A stretch of 64,000 bases of DNA from Eledone cirrhosa (taxonomy: Eukaryota). The stretch spans positions 86,242,001 to 86,306,000 of the forward strand of contig OZ024743.1 in NCBI GenBank assembly GCA_964016885.1. Reading direction: 5' to 3'. The stretch's first letter is position 1; each line of letters starts with the position of its first letter. Below, in pieces: positions 14,468 through 26,787 of the stretch. The notes beneath the pieces are model-generated. The model was not told the origin of the DNA. It ran no database searches and worked only from the letters and a program-made list of their open reading frames with translations. Position numbers and translations under genes: made by a program.

Positions 14468-17400
14468 GGGTATGACATTAAACTACATCCAGTGGCAAGG
14501 CTCCAGTTCGGGAGTTCAGGAGCTGTGGGGAATGTGGAGTTACCCCTTAGTTGTCATAACTCCCAGGTCTGCTCTGGCCCGGAGTAGTAGTACCTGTTAG
14601 GGCCCCATTTATGGGTTAAATAACTACCTTATTCGAGTGGCGCCGGTAAGGTATTGTCAGCCATTGAAAAGAAATATGGAGAGTTTATCTAACAGCACTA
14701 GGGTTAGAGCCCCTAATTACACTGTCAAGGAGCAGCCTGGTCGTTATGACTCTGCTGGCTTAGAGCCACAGAGAGGGCCAGTGGATGATGGATCAGCTGT
14801 CTCTGAGACAAATATAAAGAATGCAGTTTTGTCCTGCAGGGGAGCCATCAAAATGGGCACTTTGAATGTGAGGACTATTCGAACGCTGGAGAAGAGAGAG
14901 GAGTTGGGACATCTGTTCGAGGAGAGTGGTATACAGATACTTGCGATCCAAGAACACAGGATCCTACACGATGAGCCCGCGAGGAGTGTGATGATTGGGA
15001 AGATGAGCCAGCTCATCACTACATCGGCAGTGAGGAACATGACCAATGCTGCAGTGGGAGGGGTGGGTTTTGTTTTCAGCACAAAAACCAGTCTATTGGT
15101 GAGGGAAATAATATCTGTCTCCCCGCGAGTGTTGAGGGAGACCTTCAATGGAAACCCAAGGCTGACAGTCATCTCAGCCTATAGTCCAACCGAGGGAGAC
15201 AGTGATGTGAGTGCGGAAGAGTTCTATGAGGGGGTGTGTAGAGCTGTCAATACCACACAAGCACACAGCATCCTGCTTGTTTTGGGGGACTTCAATGCAC
15301 ATCTGAGTAAGGAGGGCAGTGAAAATCCTTGCTGGTACTTCCATAACAACACCAACCGAAATGGAAGACTACTGAGAGAGACCCTGCTGGAGGCGAACTT
15401 GATAGCGACCAACCTAAGGTTTAGGAAGAATCCGGGGAAGATGTGGACCTACATCTCAGATATGCACCTGCCCAAGTCCCAGATTGATTTCATTCTGGTG
15501 AGGAAAAAGTGGCGGAATAGTGTTCTGAACACAGAACCATACAACTATTTCAGTACACTGAGTAGTGACCACCGGCTTGTTATGAGTGAGGTCCTGGTGA
15601 GCTTAAGAAAGAGCAAGGCTCAGCCCCGGAGAGCAATCTATGACTGGGGAGCTTTCAAGGAAGATGATAAGCTACAGGAGAGGTTCACAGTGGAAGTGAG
15701 GAACAGGTTCAGTGCTCTGTGTGGAGAGACAGAGGAGAGAGAGAGAATGGATGGACTGAGGAGAGTGTGACGAGGAAGTACGGGCACTTCACCAATGCAG
15801 TGGCGGAAGTAAGTGAGACCCTGGTGCAGAGGAAAAAGAACAAAAGGAAGCACGTCAGCTCTGCAGACCCAAAAGTGTGTGCAGCCAGAGAACACCTGAA
15901 AGCTGCCAGGGACCAGTTCTCTGCTGATCCTACGGAGGAGAGGATGGAGACTGTGGAGGTGATGAGGGAAGAACTCTGTACCGCTTACACTGAGGCCAGA
16001 GAGGAGGCACTGATAGAGAAGATCAGAAGTGTGGAGAGAGCGGTTGACAGGTCTGGATGTAAGGAGAGCTGGATGAACATCAACGAGATCACAGGGAGGA
16101 AGAGAAGGTGTTCGAGTCAGATCCAGGGAACAGGGCCGAGAATAGGAAGAGGAAATGGCTAGACTATTTTAAGACCCTACTAGGAAGGCCGCCCTCTACA
16201 GCCCAGGCGGCTGTTTGAAGAACTGGATATTGAGACAGAGCCCTTCACCAGAGAAGAGCTTCAGAGAGCCAAGAAGAAGATCAAGGAGGGCAAGGCTCAT
16301 GGAGAATATGGAGTGGCATCAGAGGTGATGAAGAGGTGTGATTTTGATGATATCATCCTGGGGTTCTGTAACCAGGCACTGGAGAAAGGAGTTGCCCCGA
16401 ATCAGTGGAGGATCAGTAACATCGTCCCAGTGCCAAAGAAGGGAGATCTCTCTAACACCAACAACTACAGGGGGATCTCACTGACGTCACTTGTGGCAAA
16501 GACCCTCAACAGGATGATTCTTAACATGATCTAGCCTGAGATGGAGAAGAAGCTTAGGGATAACCAGAACGGCTTCAGAGAGGGAAGATCAACCACCAGT
16601 CACATCCTGATGCTGAGGAGGATATTAGAGGGAGCTGGAGCAAAGAGCCTTCCTGCGGTCATGGTTTTCATTGATTTTAGGAAGGCCTTTGATTCTCTGG
16701 ACCGTCATTGCCTGATGAAGATCTTACAGGCTTATGGAATCCCCAAGAAGATAGTGGACCTGATATCACTGCTCTACACCAACACCAAAGCCCATCCTGG
16801 TGGGATGACAGAGTTCTTTGAGATACTGGCTGGAGTGCTCCAGGGAGATACATTGGCTCCTTACTCTTTTATGATAGTAGTGGACTATTGTATGCGCCTT
16901 GCACTGGAGAAACACCAGGACTCTAGCTTTACTGTAGCACCGGCTCAGAGCTGGAGAGTTAAGGTGAAAAAGATAACGGATGCTGAATTTGCCGACGACA
17001 TAGTTTTGGTGACAAATACAGTGAAGGAGGCAGAGGATTTGATGCAGGAGGTTGAGACTGTGCCGATGTGTGTGGGGCTGAGAATGAATGAGACTAAAAC
17101 AAAATATCTGGTAGAGAATGTTGAGAAGCCAGAGGGGATTACTAATGTAGGCGGGAAGCCGCTAGAATTGGTTGAGGACTTCCTGTATTTGAGATCCTGC
17201 TTGAGATCGGTGTGGAAGTCGGACCTTCGTAAATACCTGCAAATCCGCCTCTTCACTGCTGTAGTGGAGTCTGTGCTGCTGTACAAGTCTGAGACTTGGA
17301 CACTGACCAAAAACTCACTCAGATGGTGGATGGGTGCTACACAGGAATGCCGAGGATGGCTCTGAACATTAATCAGTATACACTGCGGATGAAAAACTCA

Positions 17401-17852
17401 GAGCTGTATGGGAGCCTCCCAAAAGTCAGCCCAAAAGTGACACAGGGGAGACTGAGGTTAGCTGGACATGCTCACCGACATCCAGAGTTGACACTGCATA
17501 CGGTGCTGACGATAGCTAATAAGCTTGAAACTAGTACATCGTTCCTTTGTCAGTGTTGAACAAAAGGGCAACGATGGTTGCTAAACACTGTACGGCTTAA
17601 TCCGGGATGTTTGTTTACAAACAAACCGAGCATTATAATAAATGTTCGGTAAATCCATACGTACATATAGATGTGTGCATGTATATATATACATACTACT
17701 GTACGTCTGTATACATATATGTATGTACGTATACATACTTATATTTAAGTAACAGCCGTACTAAGAGTGAGAAATGAAATTTCGTTTCATTTTTTCCATT
17801 TATCGTTTTCGGTGCGCCCGGCCTACTTAGAGGATAGAATGATGATGATGAT
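14468..17852 (+). mobile_element. RTE-clade LINE, near full length, decayed
   Basis: APE motifs GTLNVRT, LAIQEH, SAYSPT, LGDFNA, QIDFIL, SDH; RT motifs PKKGDLS..NYRGISL, FIDFRKAFDS, GVLQGDTLAP, EFADD; RLRLAGH; (TGA)n tail at 17839-17852. Confidence 0.93.
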
Positions 17853-18182
17853 GGGATAATTGAACCAATGAACGGGTGTAAAATGACATGATGCTAATAT
17901 GTGCTGTAGATAGCTAATAGCTGAAGATTTGAGCACACACAATCGGAGACGCACTCATATACTAAGCATATCTGACGACTTTTCGATTACAGAGTTAGGT
18001 TCGATCTTTAATAGATCTTGCCTTGAGCTGATCGATAGAGAAACATATGTAATATGTTATTAAATATGTTATGATGCAACACTGAATCCTTGTCCTTATA
18101 GTATTATACTCTGTTCTGCGCGAGCATCGAGTGTTCAACCGGCATACCGCCTACGGACGCATTTTTCATGCAACCGTACAAT
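17853..18182 (+). mobile_element. PLE terminal repeat with hammerhead and tail ending at (TA)n
   Basis: HHR at 17967-18056; tail similar to 19790-19872. Confidence 0.75.
17967..18056 (+). ncRNA. Hammerhead ribozyme, extended stem II
   Basis: catat-CTGACGA-cttttcgat...atcgataga-GAAAC-atat-GTA-atatg; stem I catat/atatg; palindromic stem III ACATATGT. Confidence 0.75.
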
Positions 18183-18194
18183 TATATATATATG

Positions 18195-18249
<55 letters not shown>

Positions 18250-18254
<5 letters not shown>

Positions 18255-18448
18255 AACCAGTAAGACCCCGACAGCTGAGCTCAAGCCGTTTCGACGGCTA
18301 ATTCTGGACTGAGTCCAGAATTAGCCGTCGAAACGGCTTGAGCTCAGCTGTCGGGGTCTTACTGGTTCCTATTACCCACTCTACTACCTCAAGTATTGAG
18401 TACTTTGGTGCGTTATGGTCCACCTGGTTCCTTACCACATTTCCTTCG

Positions 18449-18450
<2 letters not shown>
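18250..18450 (+). mobile_element. Fold-back mini-element, family A (61-bp perfect arms plus tail) in (TA)n
   Basis: Perfect palindrome centred at 18311; right arm carries the HHR 3' half GAAAC-ggct..agct-GTC. Confidence 0.85.
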
Positions 18451-18486
<36 letters not shown>

Positions 18487-18493
<7 letters not shown>

Positions 18494-18932
18494 TAAATTT
18501 AGTCCCTCATCAGTGATCTTCCAGCCTTCATTGGTATTTCATCGCTTTAAAGACCATATACCTCTAGTTGGTGCGAGCAACGGCTAAAGAAAGTCGTTGG
18601 GACACGTAAATAGGGGGAACGAGCGAGACAGTAAACAAACAAAGACGGTAATGCAACGAAAAGTGAGGAAGAAGGAGTCAAATCCCTGAAATCGATGAAC
18701 ATAACTCACTTTTCGTTGCATTACTATCTTTGTTTGTTTACTGTCTCGTTCATTCCCCCTATTTACGTGTCCCAACGACATTCTTTAGCCGTTGCTCGCA
18801 CCAACCAGAGGTATATGGTCTTTAAAGCGATGAAATACCAATGAAGGCTGGAAGATCACTGATGAAGGATTAAATTTATTCATATGTAACCCATATGCAA
18901 CCACGCAGCACGCCATGTTTTCATATTTTTCA
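18487..18932 (+). mobile_element. Fold-back element, family D
   Basis: Inverted arms ~18487-18667 and 18705-18885 with ~37-bp spacer, then tail and (TA)n. Confidence 0.8.
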
Positions 18933-19212
18933 TATATATATATATATATATATATGCCAACTCAGTCAACATGTGCATCGAAGTGTGTCTGCATACACGT
19001 ATATACCGCTGTGAGATGCTGCGTGCATTCTTTTACGTATTCCCCATATGTACGTTTTTTTTTGTATTTTTTACGTATTTTTTCACGTAATATTTCTTTG
19101 TACACTACCCGATGTACAGCATCATATGCATGTTTCTATGCACTTTCCAAATGTTTTTGTACAGTTTATTTTCATATGTGTGTGTACGTGTGTGTGTCTG
19201 TGTGTGAGTGCG

Positions 19213-19244
<32 letters not shown>

Positions 19245-19653
19245 CGTGTATATATGTGTGTGTGTGTGTGTATATGTACACACATGTGTATATATGTGTG
19301 TATAGGTGTGCGTGTGCATACGCACATATATATATGTGTGTGTTTGTGTGTGTATGAATAGGCCTGACTGACTGCATATGTACGCGCGTGTACATGTACG
19401 AGTGTGTTTGGGTGCGCATATATGTGTGTATGTATATACATATGTGTAAATATATGTGTATATATATAAATGTGACCATATATGGATAGATATATGTATA
19501 TATGGGGGTCCATTATGTGTACGTGTGTGCGTATGTCTGTGTATGAATGTACCTATATATAAGAGTTGAATATATGTATACAGGATGATGGCAGAGGATA
19601 GAAATTCGAAGGGCAGAGTCCAGCAGAAAGAGGATTTGCTTCGAAATCATTAG

Positions 19654-19746
19654 ACGTATCTGAGGAATTTGAGAATCCAGTTTCAGGTTCGATCCACAAA
19701 CAGATCGCACCTCAAGCTGTTCGCCGGGGAAACAATTGTAATACGT
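19654..19746 (+). ncRNA. Hammerhead ribozyme in PLE terminal repeat (~19580-19872)
   Basis: acgtat-CTGAGGA-...-GAAAC-aatt-GTA-atacgt; 6-bp stem I; palindromic stem III. Confidence 0.72.
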
Positions 19747-19867
19747 AATAAATTGTGTTCCGATGCATCACTGATTCTTCGTTTTCTATATTATCATACT
19801 CTGCCTCGAAGGAGCATAGAATACTCAACCGGCACACCGCTTATGGACGCATCCAAGCAATCTTACT

Positions 19868-19937
<70 letters not shown>

Positions 19938-19939
<2 letters not shown>

Positions 19940-21180
19940 CGAGAATCTCATTTCGGCGGGGAGAAATTAGCGAAACGCAACTTCCGTATTGTGTAGACAA
20001 GCGCTCTATGGATATGAAGATACCAGAGCTATAAACATAGGCTAAAAAGGTCATACAAACTGAGACGATGGTTAAGAAGCCATTAACCACCTGAGCCAAA
20101 AAAGCGAACAAGCTAAACGGGTCAAACAAAATAAGATATGATTGAAATAGTTACCCGGACCCTCGGGGAAGATGGAATACTCCGATATAGGGTTTCTACA
20201 ACACCTAATCAATAATACTGTCTGCTTATAAAAAATAAGCTTTTGGTATAATGATCGAACAAGGCATCGCTTTCTCAACAGGCATTTTGTTTTTCGTGCG
20301 CCAGAATCTCACAGGTTATGAAAGCACATGTGAGGTTCTAATATATATATACGTGGAGAAATATATAAAGGAGAACAAACCGTTAAAACATGTTTATTTA
20401 AAATAGCACCTACGTACGTTTCGCCCGACTGGTCTTCTCAAGGGCATAACAAATTAAAAAGCGTTCCTTACATGACCCCTAATGGGTTTTATAGCTAAGT
20501 TCATATCACAGTCCATTCTTCGTAAAAAACATGTATTGATTTTGCAGTAGGTCAAGGTAGATAACTCTAGCCGGTGTTAGAGCAATGTTCCCCAGGCTAC
20601 TTTTATCCGTTATTAGGGTTAGGGATGCAAAGTTAGTTTCCAGATATTTGTATGCTACGCCTGCCCTCCGGGGTGTTAAGGTTTGGTGCAGGGTGACCCG
20701 GTTTACGGTTCTCACACCTTATTCTTATTCCATCTGGAGTAAGAGATTTTTAAGCGGTGCGTACAGCTTATCGTCGTTTCTGCTTTACTGTTGATGAGCT
20801 CGTGGGGTGCCGTTATGATATGGTAAAGTTCCATGAGGCAAAGCTCGCATTTCCTCTTGAAATTGTACGGTGCTGCCCTGCCGACAATTTCCCAGTGTGT
20901 GGAGAAGCTGATGTTTGAGTCTTTTAATGCTGTGATGTAATTCGCGAGCGAAGTGGTGTGTCTTAGTTTCTTGTTTGCGAAAGAGTGGAGATGTGTTCGA
21001 AATCTATTTTTGAACGGCCCAGAGGTAGCCCCTATATAATGTTTAACGCTATTATGACTAGTTACGGTGCACCTATAAATAACCTTATCAGTCAGTCAGT
21101 TTCCCCTAAGGGGGCAGCGTCCCCTGTCACGGCAGTTGCAATTTCGGTCGCAGTCCCTTCTAGTTCCCTCCGTCAACCAT
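19938..21180 (-). mobile_element. PLE (Nematis-type) 3' part: GIY-YIG, 3' UTR, HHR and tail
   Basis: Minus frame CNCRDRGRCPLRGN*LTDKVIYRCTV..HYIGATSGPFKNRFRTH..CELCLME; HHR at 20406-20446. Confidence 0.8.
20406..20446 (-). ncRNA. Hammerhead ribozyme, U3-A8 core variant
   Basis: gccc-TTGAGAA-gacc-agtc-gggc-GAAAC-gtac-GTA-ggtgc. Confidence 0.6.
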
Positions 21181-21327
21181 TAAATGATAACTGTCGTTAT
21201 CATTTAGTGGGCAAAAATTACGATTTTTACAATTACAATTATTTCCTTTACTATTCAAAATTCCCTCTCCGTGTCCGTATGTCGGTAGGTTTCCCTCATT
21301 TATGTTAATGGTATTATCACTGCTATA

Positions 21328-21515
21328 GAGCGGGGGATTGGCAGTATCGGTAGAAGGTCGGACGCCATGCTTTACAGCATAGAGTTACGCCCCTTTATGG
21401 TCTGAGTTCAAATCCCACCGAGGTTAACTTTGACTTTCATCCTTACGGGGTCGATAAAATAAAGCACCAGTAATGAACTGGAATAATTGCTGGCCTTGTG
21501 CCAAAAGTAGAAACA
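21328..21515 (+). mobile_element. tRNA-derived SINE with 15-bp target-site duplication
   Basis: A/B boxes, core CTTTCATCCTTACGGGGTCGATAAA; TSD attatcactgctata at 21313-21327 and 21516-21530. Confidence 0.92.
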
Positions 21516-21933
21516 ATTATCACTGCTATACGAGATGTTGATTCTATTAGTGATTTAATGTTTATAATCGTGAGTTATTTCCCTATGTTTAATTCCCAGA
21601 TTTATATTGTTAATTTTTGCTATATTTTGGGCAATAATTTTAGTAATCGAATAGGAAAGTTTAATTGTGTGTCGATAAAAGATTTTACTGTATTTATGCG
21701 ATCTAGGAAAACATTTATCTAGTGCGTTAAAGAAAAGATTAGCTAAGTTCTTAATTCCGATGGAGTGTGGAGGATTATTCCACAGAACGGAGCGGGATCT
21801 AACCCTCTTATGTAACTTTTTGGTTGTATTCAAGTTATATCCATTCAAAATCTGATTTGTCCTGACGCTATTGTTTTGGTTTCGGATACACTCATTATTA
21901 CAATTCTCGTTAACTGTGTGTATGTTAGTGTTA

Positions 21934-21970
21934 CTAGCAGAAAACCACCCGAAGGGTAGTTTTCTGCTAG
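21934..21970. repeat. 37-bp palindrome with CTAG at both ends
   Basis: ctagcagaaaaccaccc-gaa-gggtagttttctgctag; second copy at 23002-23037. Confidence 0.85.
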
Positions 21971-22482
21971 CATGTGTAGTGTGCATATTGATATTAGCCT
22001 CACCATCACCCGAGGTAACACTGCGAGTGTGCTGGCTTGCCTCAAAATTCATTAGAGAGGTTGCCCGGTACTCCTCGCGACGCTGCTGTCTTTTGCTCTG
22101 GTGTTGGCTCGGTTGTTCACCCCTTCCTTTACATTTTCTTTAATATTGCAACATTAAAGAAATATATCTTTCTGACAGAATTGCGAGCAATTAATAATGT
22201 TATCTAAGCATTTGTAATGTTATTTATGTATATATTTAAAACATATTTGTTATGTTATTCTACTGTAAATTTATTTATATGCTTTGTATATATCATATGT
22301 GTTCATATTTTCACTCCCATTTGTAACATTATTTAATAAAATAAAAATATATATGCATGTAGATATACATCAAATAAAATCGTAATTGACAATATATAAT
22401 ACACAGAAATTGAACGAAGACTGCATTACACTCTCTTATGTAATCAGTAACGTAATCCATGATACATTAAAAAAAGACGATA

Positions 22483-23001
22483 TCTACTTATATATATAAC
22501 CAGCAATGTCTCTGTCTGTCTGTCCGACAGTGGAAACACGTGCGTAGAGAGAGAGTGAGAGTGAAAGAAAGAGACAGACTACGAGAGGGGGATAGCGGGA
22601 GGGAGAGAGGGAGAGAGAGAGGGTGAATAGACGCTAAAACACGTGCTACAGAAACATTACCTTCCCCTCTTCACTAACTTTGGTCACTGAGGCCGAGGGA
22701 ATCGCGCCGAGCGCGTCATAATGACGTAATGCGGACAGCCAGACATACAGACAGATATTATAAGGGCGCAACGTTATATCTATGTATCTATCTAAAAAGA
22801 AAGACTAAGAATTATATAGAGAGAACACTAAATCGCCTAATGCGGTCCCTAGGGCATTGAAAATTTGAAATAATTTTTGCTCAAAACACTCACAGGACCA
22901 TAAGTATTACATGTCTAAAGTTTGAAAACAATCGGTTGGATGGTTCTCAAGTTTTAGTGAGCTGACAGACAGACAGACATTCTCTGTTTTAGATATATAG
23001 A
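22483..23001. mobile_element. Two convergent Helitron-type 5' fragments
   Basis: TC-(TA)-..(GTCT)n start on + at 22483 and on - at 23001; 22717-22778 is an inverted homologue of 27777-27840. Confidence 0.6.
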
Positions 23002-23037
23002 CTAGCAGAAAACCGCCCCCGGGTGGTTTTCTGCTAG

Positions 23038-24304
23038 TCTCTCTATATATAAAACGGAAGGTGTCTGTCTGTGTGTGTGTATGATTTTTATGCATTTCCA
23101 CATTTCTCTACTGATTTTGATGATTTTTTTCCAATGTGCTCCAAATTTACTAACGATGGTCAACGCGTAATAAACTGTGCCAAAAATTTCCCGCTTCTAT
23201 GAAAAAAATCGATAAAACTAAATACATGCTGTAACCCTCTCTCTTACACGCTTATTCACTCTCTCTACTACCCAACAGCGACAAAACTTCGTTCAGGAAC
23301 GCGACATAACTTTGAAAACTAAGCAACACATCATTTTATACAACAAACATAGTCATAACGCTCTCTCCGTCGCTCTTCCCTCTCTCTATAATAGATCATT
23401 CCCCCTCTCTATAATTTAACTGCTTTACTCTCTTCATGCTTTGAGGTTTAACACACCTCCCTATAGTTTCTTAGCTTTACTCTCTCCGCCGCTCTTTCCT
23501 CTCTCTTTAATAGATTTCCCCCCTCTCTATAATTTAACTGCTTTACTCTCTCTGTCGCTCTTCACTCTCTATATGACAACACTGTTTTATACACCTCCAT
23601 ATAGTTTCTTAGCTTTACTCTCTCCATCGCTCTTCCATCTCTCTATAATAGATTATTCCCCCTCTCTATAATTTAACTGCTGGGGGAGTCATTGGAGTTC
23701 CGTATTGACATATATAACGAAGGAGTTGTGGTAAGGAATATATATATATATATTGAGATTGAGACTGAGATTGATATTGGCTCTCTCTCTCTCTCTCTCA
23801 CTCTCTCACCCCCCTCTCTCTCTCTACTTTGTTATCTCCATTAGATGAAAAACTGCGCTTTTAAAGCTTTTTAGGGTTTTTTTGAGGCGTAACGTCAGAC
23901 CGATTTCCTTAAAAGTGTAACTATGTATTAGTCAGTCTTTTCTTCATACAGTGAGCAAAGAAAATCCAACTTTTTTATGGCCTAGGGCCCCGCATTAGGT
24001 GAAAAACTTCATTTTTTCAGCTTTTTAGGGCTTTTTGGAGGCGTTACGTCTAGCCGATTTCCCCAAAATTTCAAGGCATATTATGCACATAAAAAAATTT
24101 ATTTTCTTGAAATCCTAGGATTAGGTGAAAACCTGCATTTTTCCTACTTCATCGAGGAAAATCTTAAAGATTATCCAGCCATCAGTGTATTCGGTTTATT
24201 TTCTTTACATATTGTCCAGGCATGCAGTTTTTCCACGATTAGGTCTGTTGGCGGCCCGCGTTCCAAAATACCTTATCCCGTGCAACGCCGGGTACCACTG
24301 CTAG
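23038..24304 (+). mobile_element. Non-autonomous Helitron
   Basis: 5' TC..tatatataaaacggaaggtgtctgtct; 3' hairpin cccg-tgcaacgc-cggg, then CTAG|T; internal ~125-bp tandem repeats at 23360-23680. Confidence 0.85.
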
Positions 24305-25314
24305 TATATAATAAAATCACTAATAGTAACTCTCTCAGTAAACCTCCAGATACATCCTATAAATATAAGAAACAATGTCGAAACCGTAATAGACGGGTTA
24401 CTTGGTATAATGCTCCATTTAATCTACAGATTAAAGACCATATCCCTAAAAAATTCTTTGCTATCGTAGAGAAAAATTTCCCACCAAACCATAAATACCA
24501 TCAAATTTTAAATAGATCTACTGTCAAATTTTCATACTCCACTACTAAGAATATACAACAGAATATAAGTGCGTACAACGCATATAAGTGTAAAAAACCC
24601 CATAAATATACCACCAACACATCAAACCAACCATAATAATACTAAAGTAAACCTAAACAAACCACCTTCTTCTTCACCTATAATAGGTCCCGTAAACTCC
24701 ACACCAACTTTGACTAATAATCTCCAAAACAAACAGAGTTCTACTAGCTCCACATCCCCTAAACTATCACCCACCAACAACCTGTCTAACCATACTAATC
24801 TAATTACAACCCATTCTAAACCATACATTAACGAATATAGTAACACTAATACCACTTTAGATAACACAATTAACTCTCCTGACACAATATTTACGAATGG
24901 CTGTAACTGTAGAATCAAAAGAAATTGTCCATTAAAGGGAAATTGTCTTATTAATAATATAGTCTATAAATGTGTAGTTTAACTAAGGACTCCACCCAAT
25001 CCTATATAGGAGCTACGTCTAACCAATTTAAAGTAAGATTTAATACCCACAAACATAGTTTTAAAAATGCCGCATTAGCTAATACAACCTCCTTGGCTGA
25101 AGCAATTAATAATTATAGAAAGAAGGATATTGATTACAACATGACTTGGAGAGTGCTCAAAAGGGCCACCCCTTATCAAAATAGTAGATTATGCTCCCAA
25201 GAACTATTTGAAATCATGAAATCTAATGATATCCTATTAAATAAGCGACAGGAATTAATTATATCATGCAATCATAGAATTAGAAAAACCTTCAAATACT
25301 ATAAACTTAATTAA
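24305..25314 (+). mobile_element. PLE (Nematis-type) thumb-linker-GIY-YIG fragment
   Basis: RRVTWYNAPF..NFPPNHKYHQILNRSTVKFSYS; CNCRIKRNCPLKGNC..IVYKC; YIGATSNQFKVRFNTH. Confidence 0.85.
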
Positions 25315-25594
25315 TATATATCTCACTATTATATTTTACAAATTATTATAATTAATTTAAAAAATTTTTTAAATTTAGTTTACCTATAATTAAATATTTA
25401 CTACAAAGAATTTCATAATTTTATTTCCCTCTTGCCGCTCACTTTACCTAAAGTTATCTTTAACCTCACTACTTCTTTTAACCGCATCCCCTATCTATCA
25501 CATTCAATACCTAGGATTAGTAAATATAATTAATATCTTTAATATTATGGTTGCTTAGATAGCTACACTACTTTTTATAAAATTTTATCTATTT

Positions 25595-25662
<68 letters not shown>

Positions 25663-26201
25663 TAAAAAAAATTTTTTTTTTTTTTACTTCTTTATTTATC
25701 ACATCCATAAGAATTAATATAATTTTAACTCTGTAAGTATACCTATCAATTAATTTAATTTCCTTTTATGTATCTAGGTTCCTTAAAATTTAAACAGGAG
25801 TAGTATTTCTCGCTAACACTCTCATTCTCACCCACAAAAGATTCTTTTCCCTATGCTTTTAACAACATTCTTTAATAACATCAATTTTTGGGGAAATCCT
25901 TCTCTATCTCATTAACTTGACCTCATTTTAACCCCTACCTTTCTCTTTCCCATTCTTTTCATTCAAAGCATAAATGTACATTCCTCCACTCCTAGCATAA
26001 AGTTTCTACTACGGTTATTCTATTAACTTGACCTCTAGCTCTTTTCTGTTGGTCAATTCAAAACCTGTTCCCAAACAGACTTTTTGTATTAATACTTTCT
26101 TTCAATAAACATACTTCATCATTTCTGAAGAAGGCATATATAGGTGAAGGTATGTATATCTCCTCTGATAATTTGTAATATTTTTTGTAAAAGTGGAAAC
26201 A

Positions 26202-26280
<79 letters not shown>

Positions 26281-26639
26281 CGCGCGTGTGTGTGTGTATA
26301 GTTCGAGGAGACAACAAACTGAGTACAAAAAATCTTATTAGTTTCACGCTATATATGGAAAAGGGGAAAGAAAGTTCGGTGTGCCGGGGTTTGTCTCTTC
26401 TTCAGGAGTACACAATTAGAGACAGGATTACAAACGATATATATATATATATATATATATAAACATATATATATTGGAAAATGTGTGAAATCCTTGTTAC
26501 AGTTATGTATATTTGAAAAAAGGAAAAGAATGACTTCATTTGTAGTTCTAAATTTAATTTTATAATATTTCAATCTTACAATTTTACTATAAAATTAAAT
26601 TATTTAAAATTACAAGTGAAGATATTCTTTTCCTTTTTT

Positions 26640-26713
26640 CAAATATATGTATATGAAAGATTCAGAACCCCGACGGCTGAGCTCTGGCCGTTTCGACAGC
26701 TAGATCCGAACTC
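26640..26713 (-). mobile_element. Family A-related fragment truncated in HHR stem II
   Basis: Minus strand gagttcggatctagctgtc-GAAAC-ggcc-agagctc-agcc-GTC-ggggttc. Confidence 0.7.
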
Positions 26714-26730
26714 ATACACACAGACACACA

Positions 26731-26774
<44 letters not shown>

Positions 26775-26787
26775 CATATATATATAT

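Larger units (their letters stand above)
21185..22140 (-). mobile_element. PLE (Nematis-type) thumb/linker fragment, interrupted by a SINE and a palindrome
   Basis: RSVLWNNPPHS..CFPRSHKYSKIFYRHTIKLSYS; CNCKNRNFCPL near 21200-21245. Confidence 0.75.

Noticed and set aside
14468-14630. Possible HDV-like or twister ribozyme at the RTE 5' end
   Set aside because: Hairpins are present, but I could not assemble the full pseudoknot by eye; needs a covariance-model search.
18800-18880. SECIS-like AUGA...GA motif in family D
   Set aside because: No convincing stem or apical AA spacing, and no associated ORF.
26120-26200. CTGAAGA...GAAAC hammerhead candidate downstream of the 24305 PLE
   Set aside because: Stems I and III cannot be formed; the sequence runs into (TA)n.
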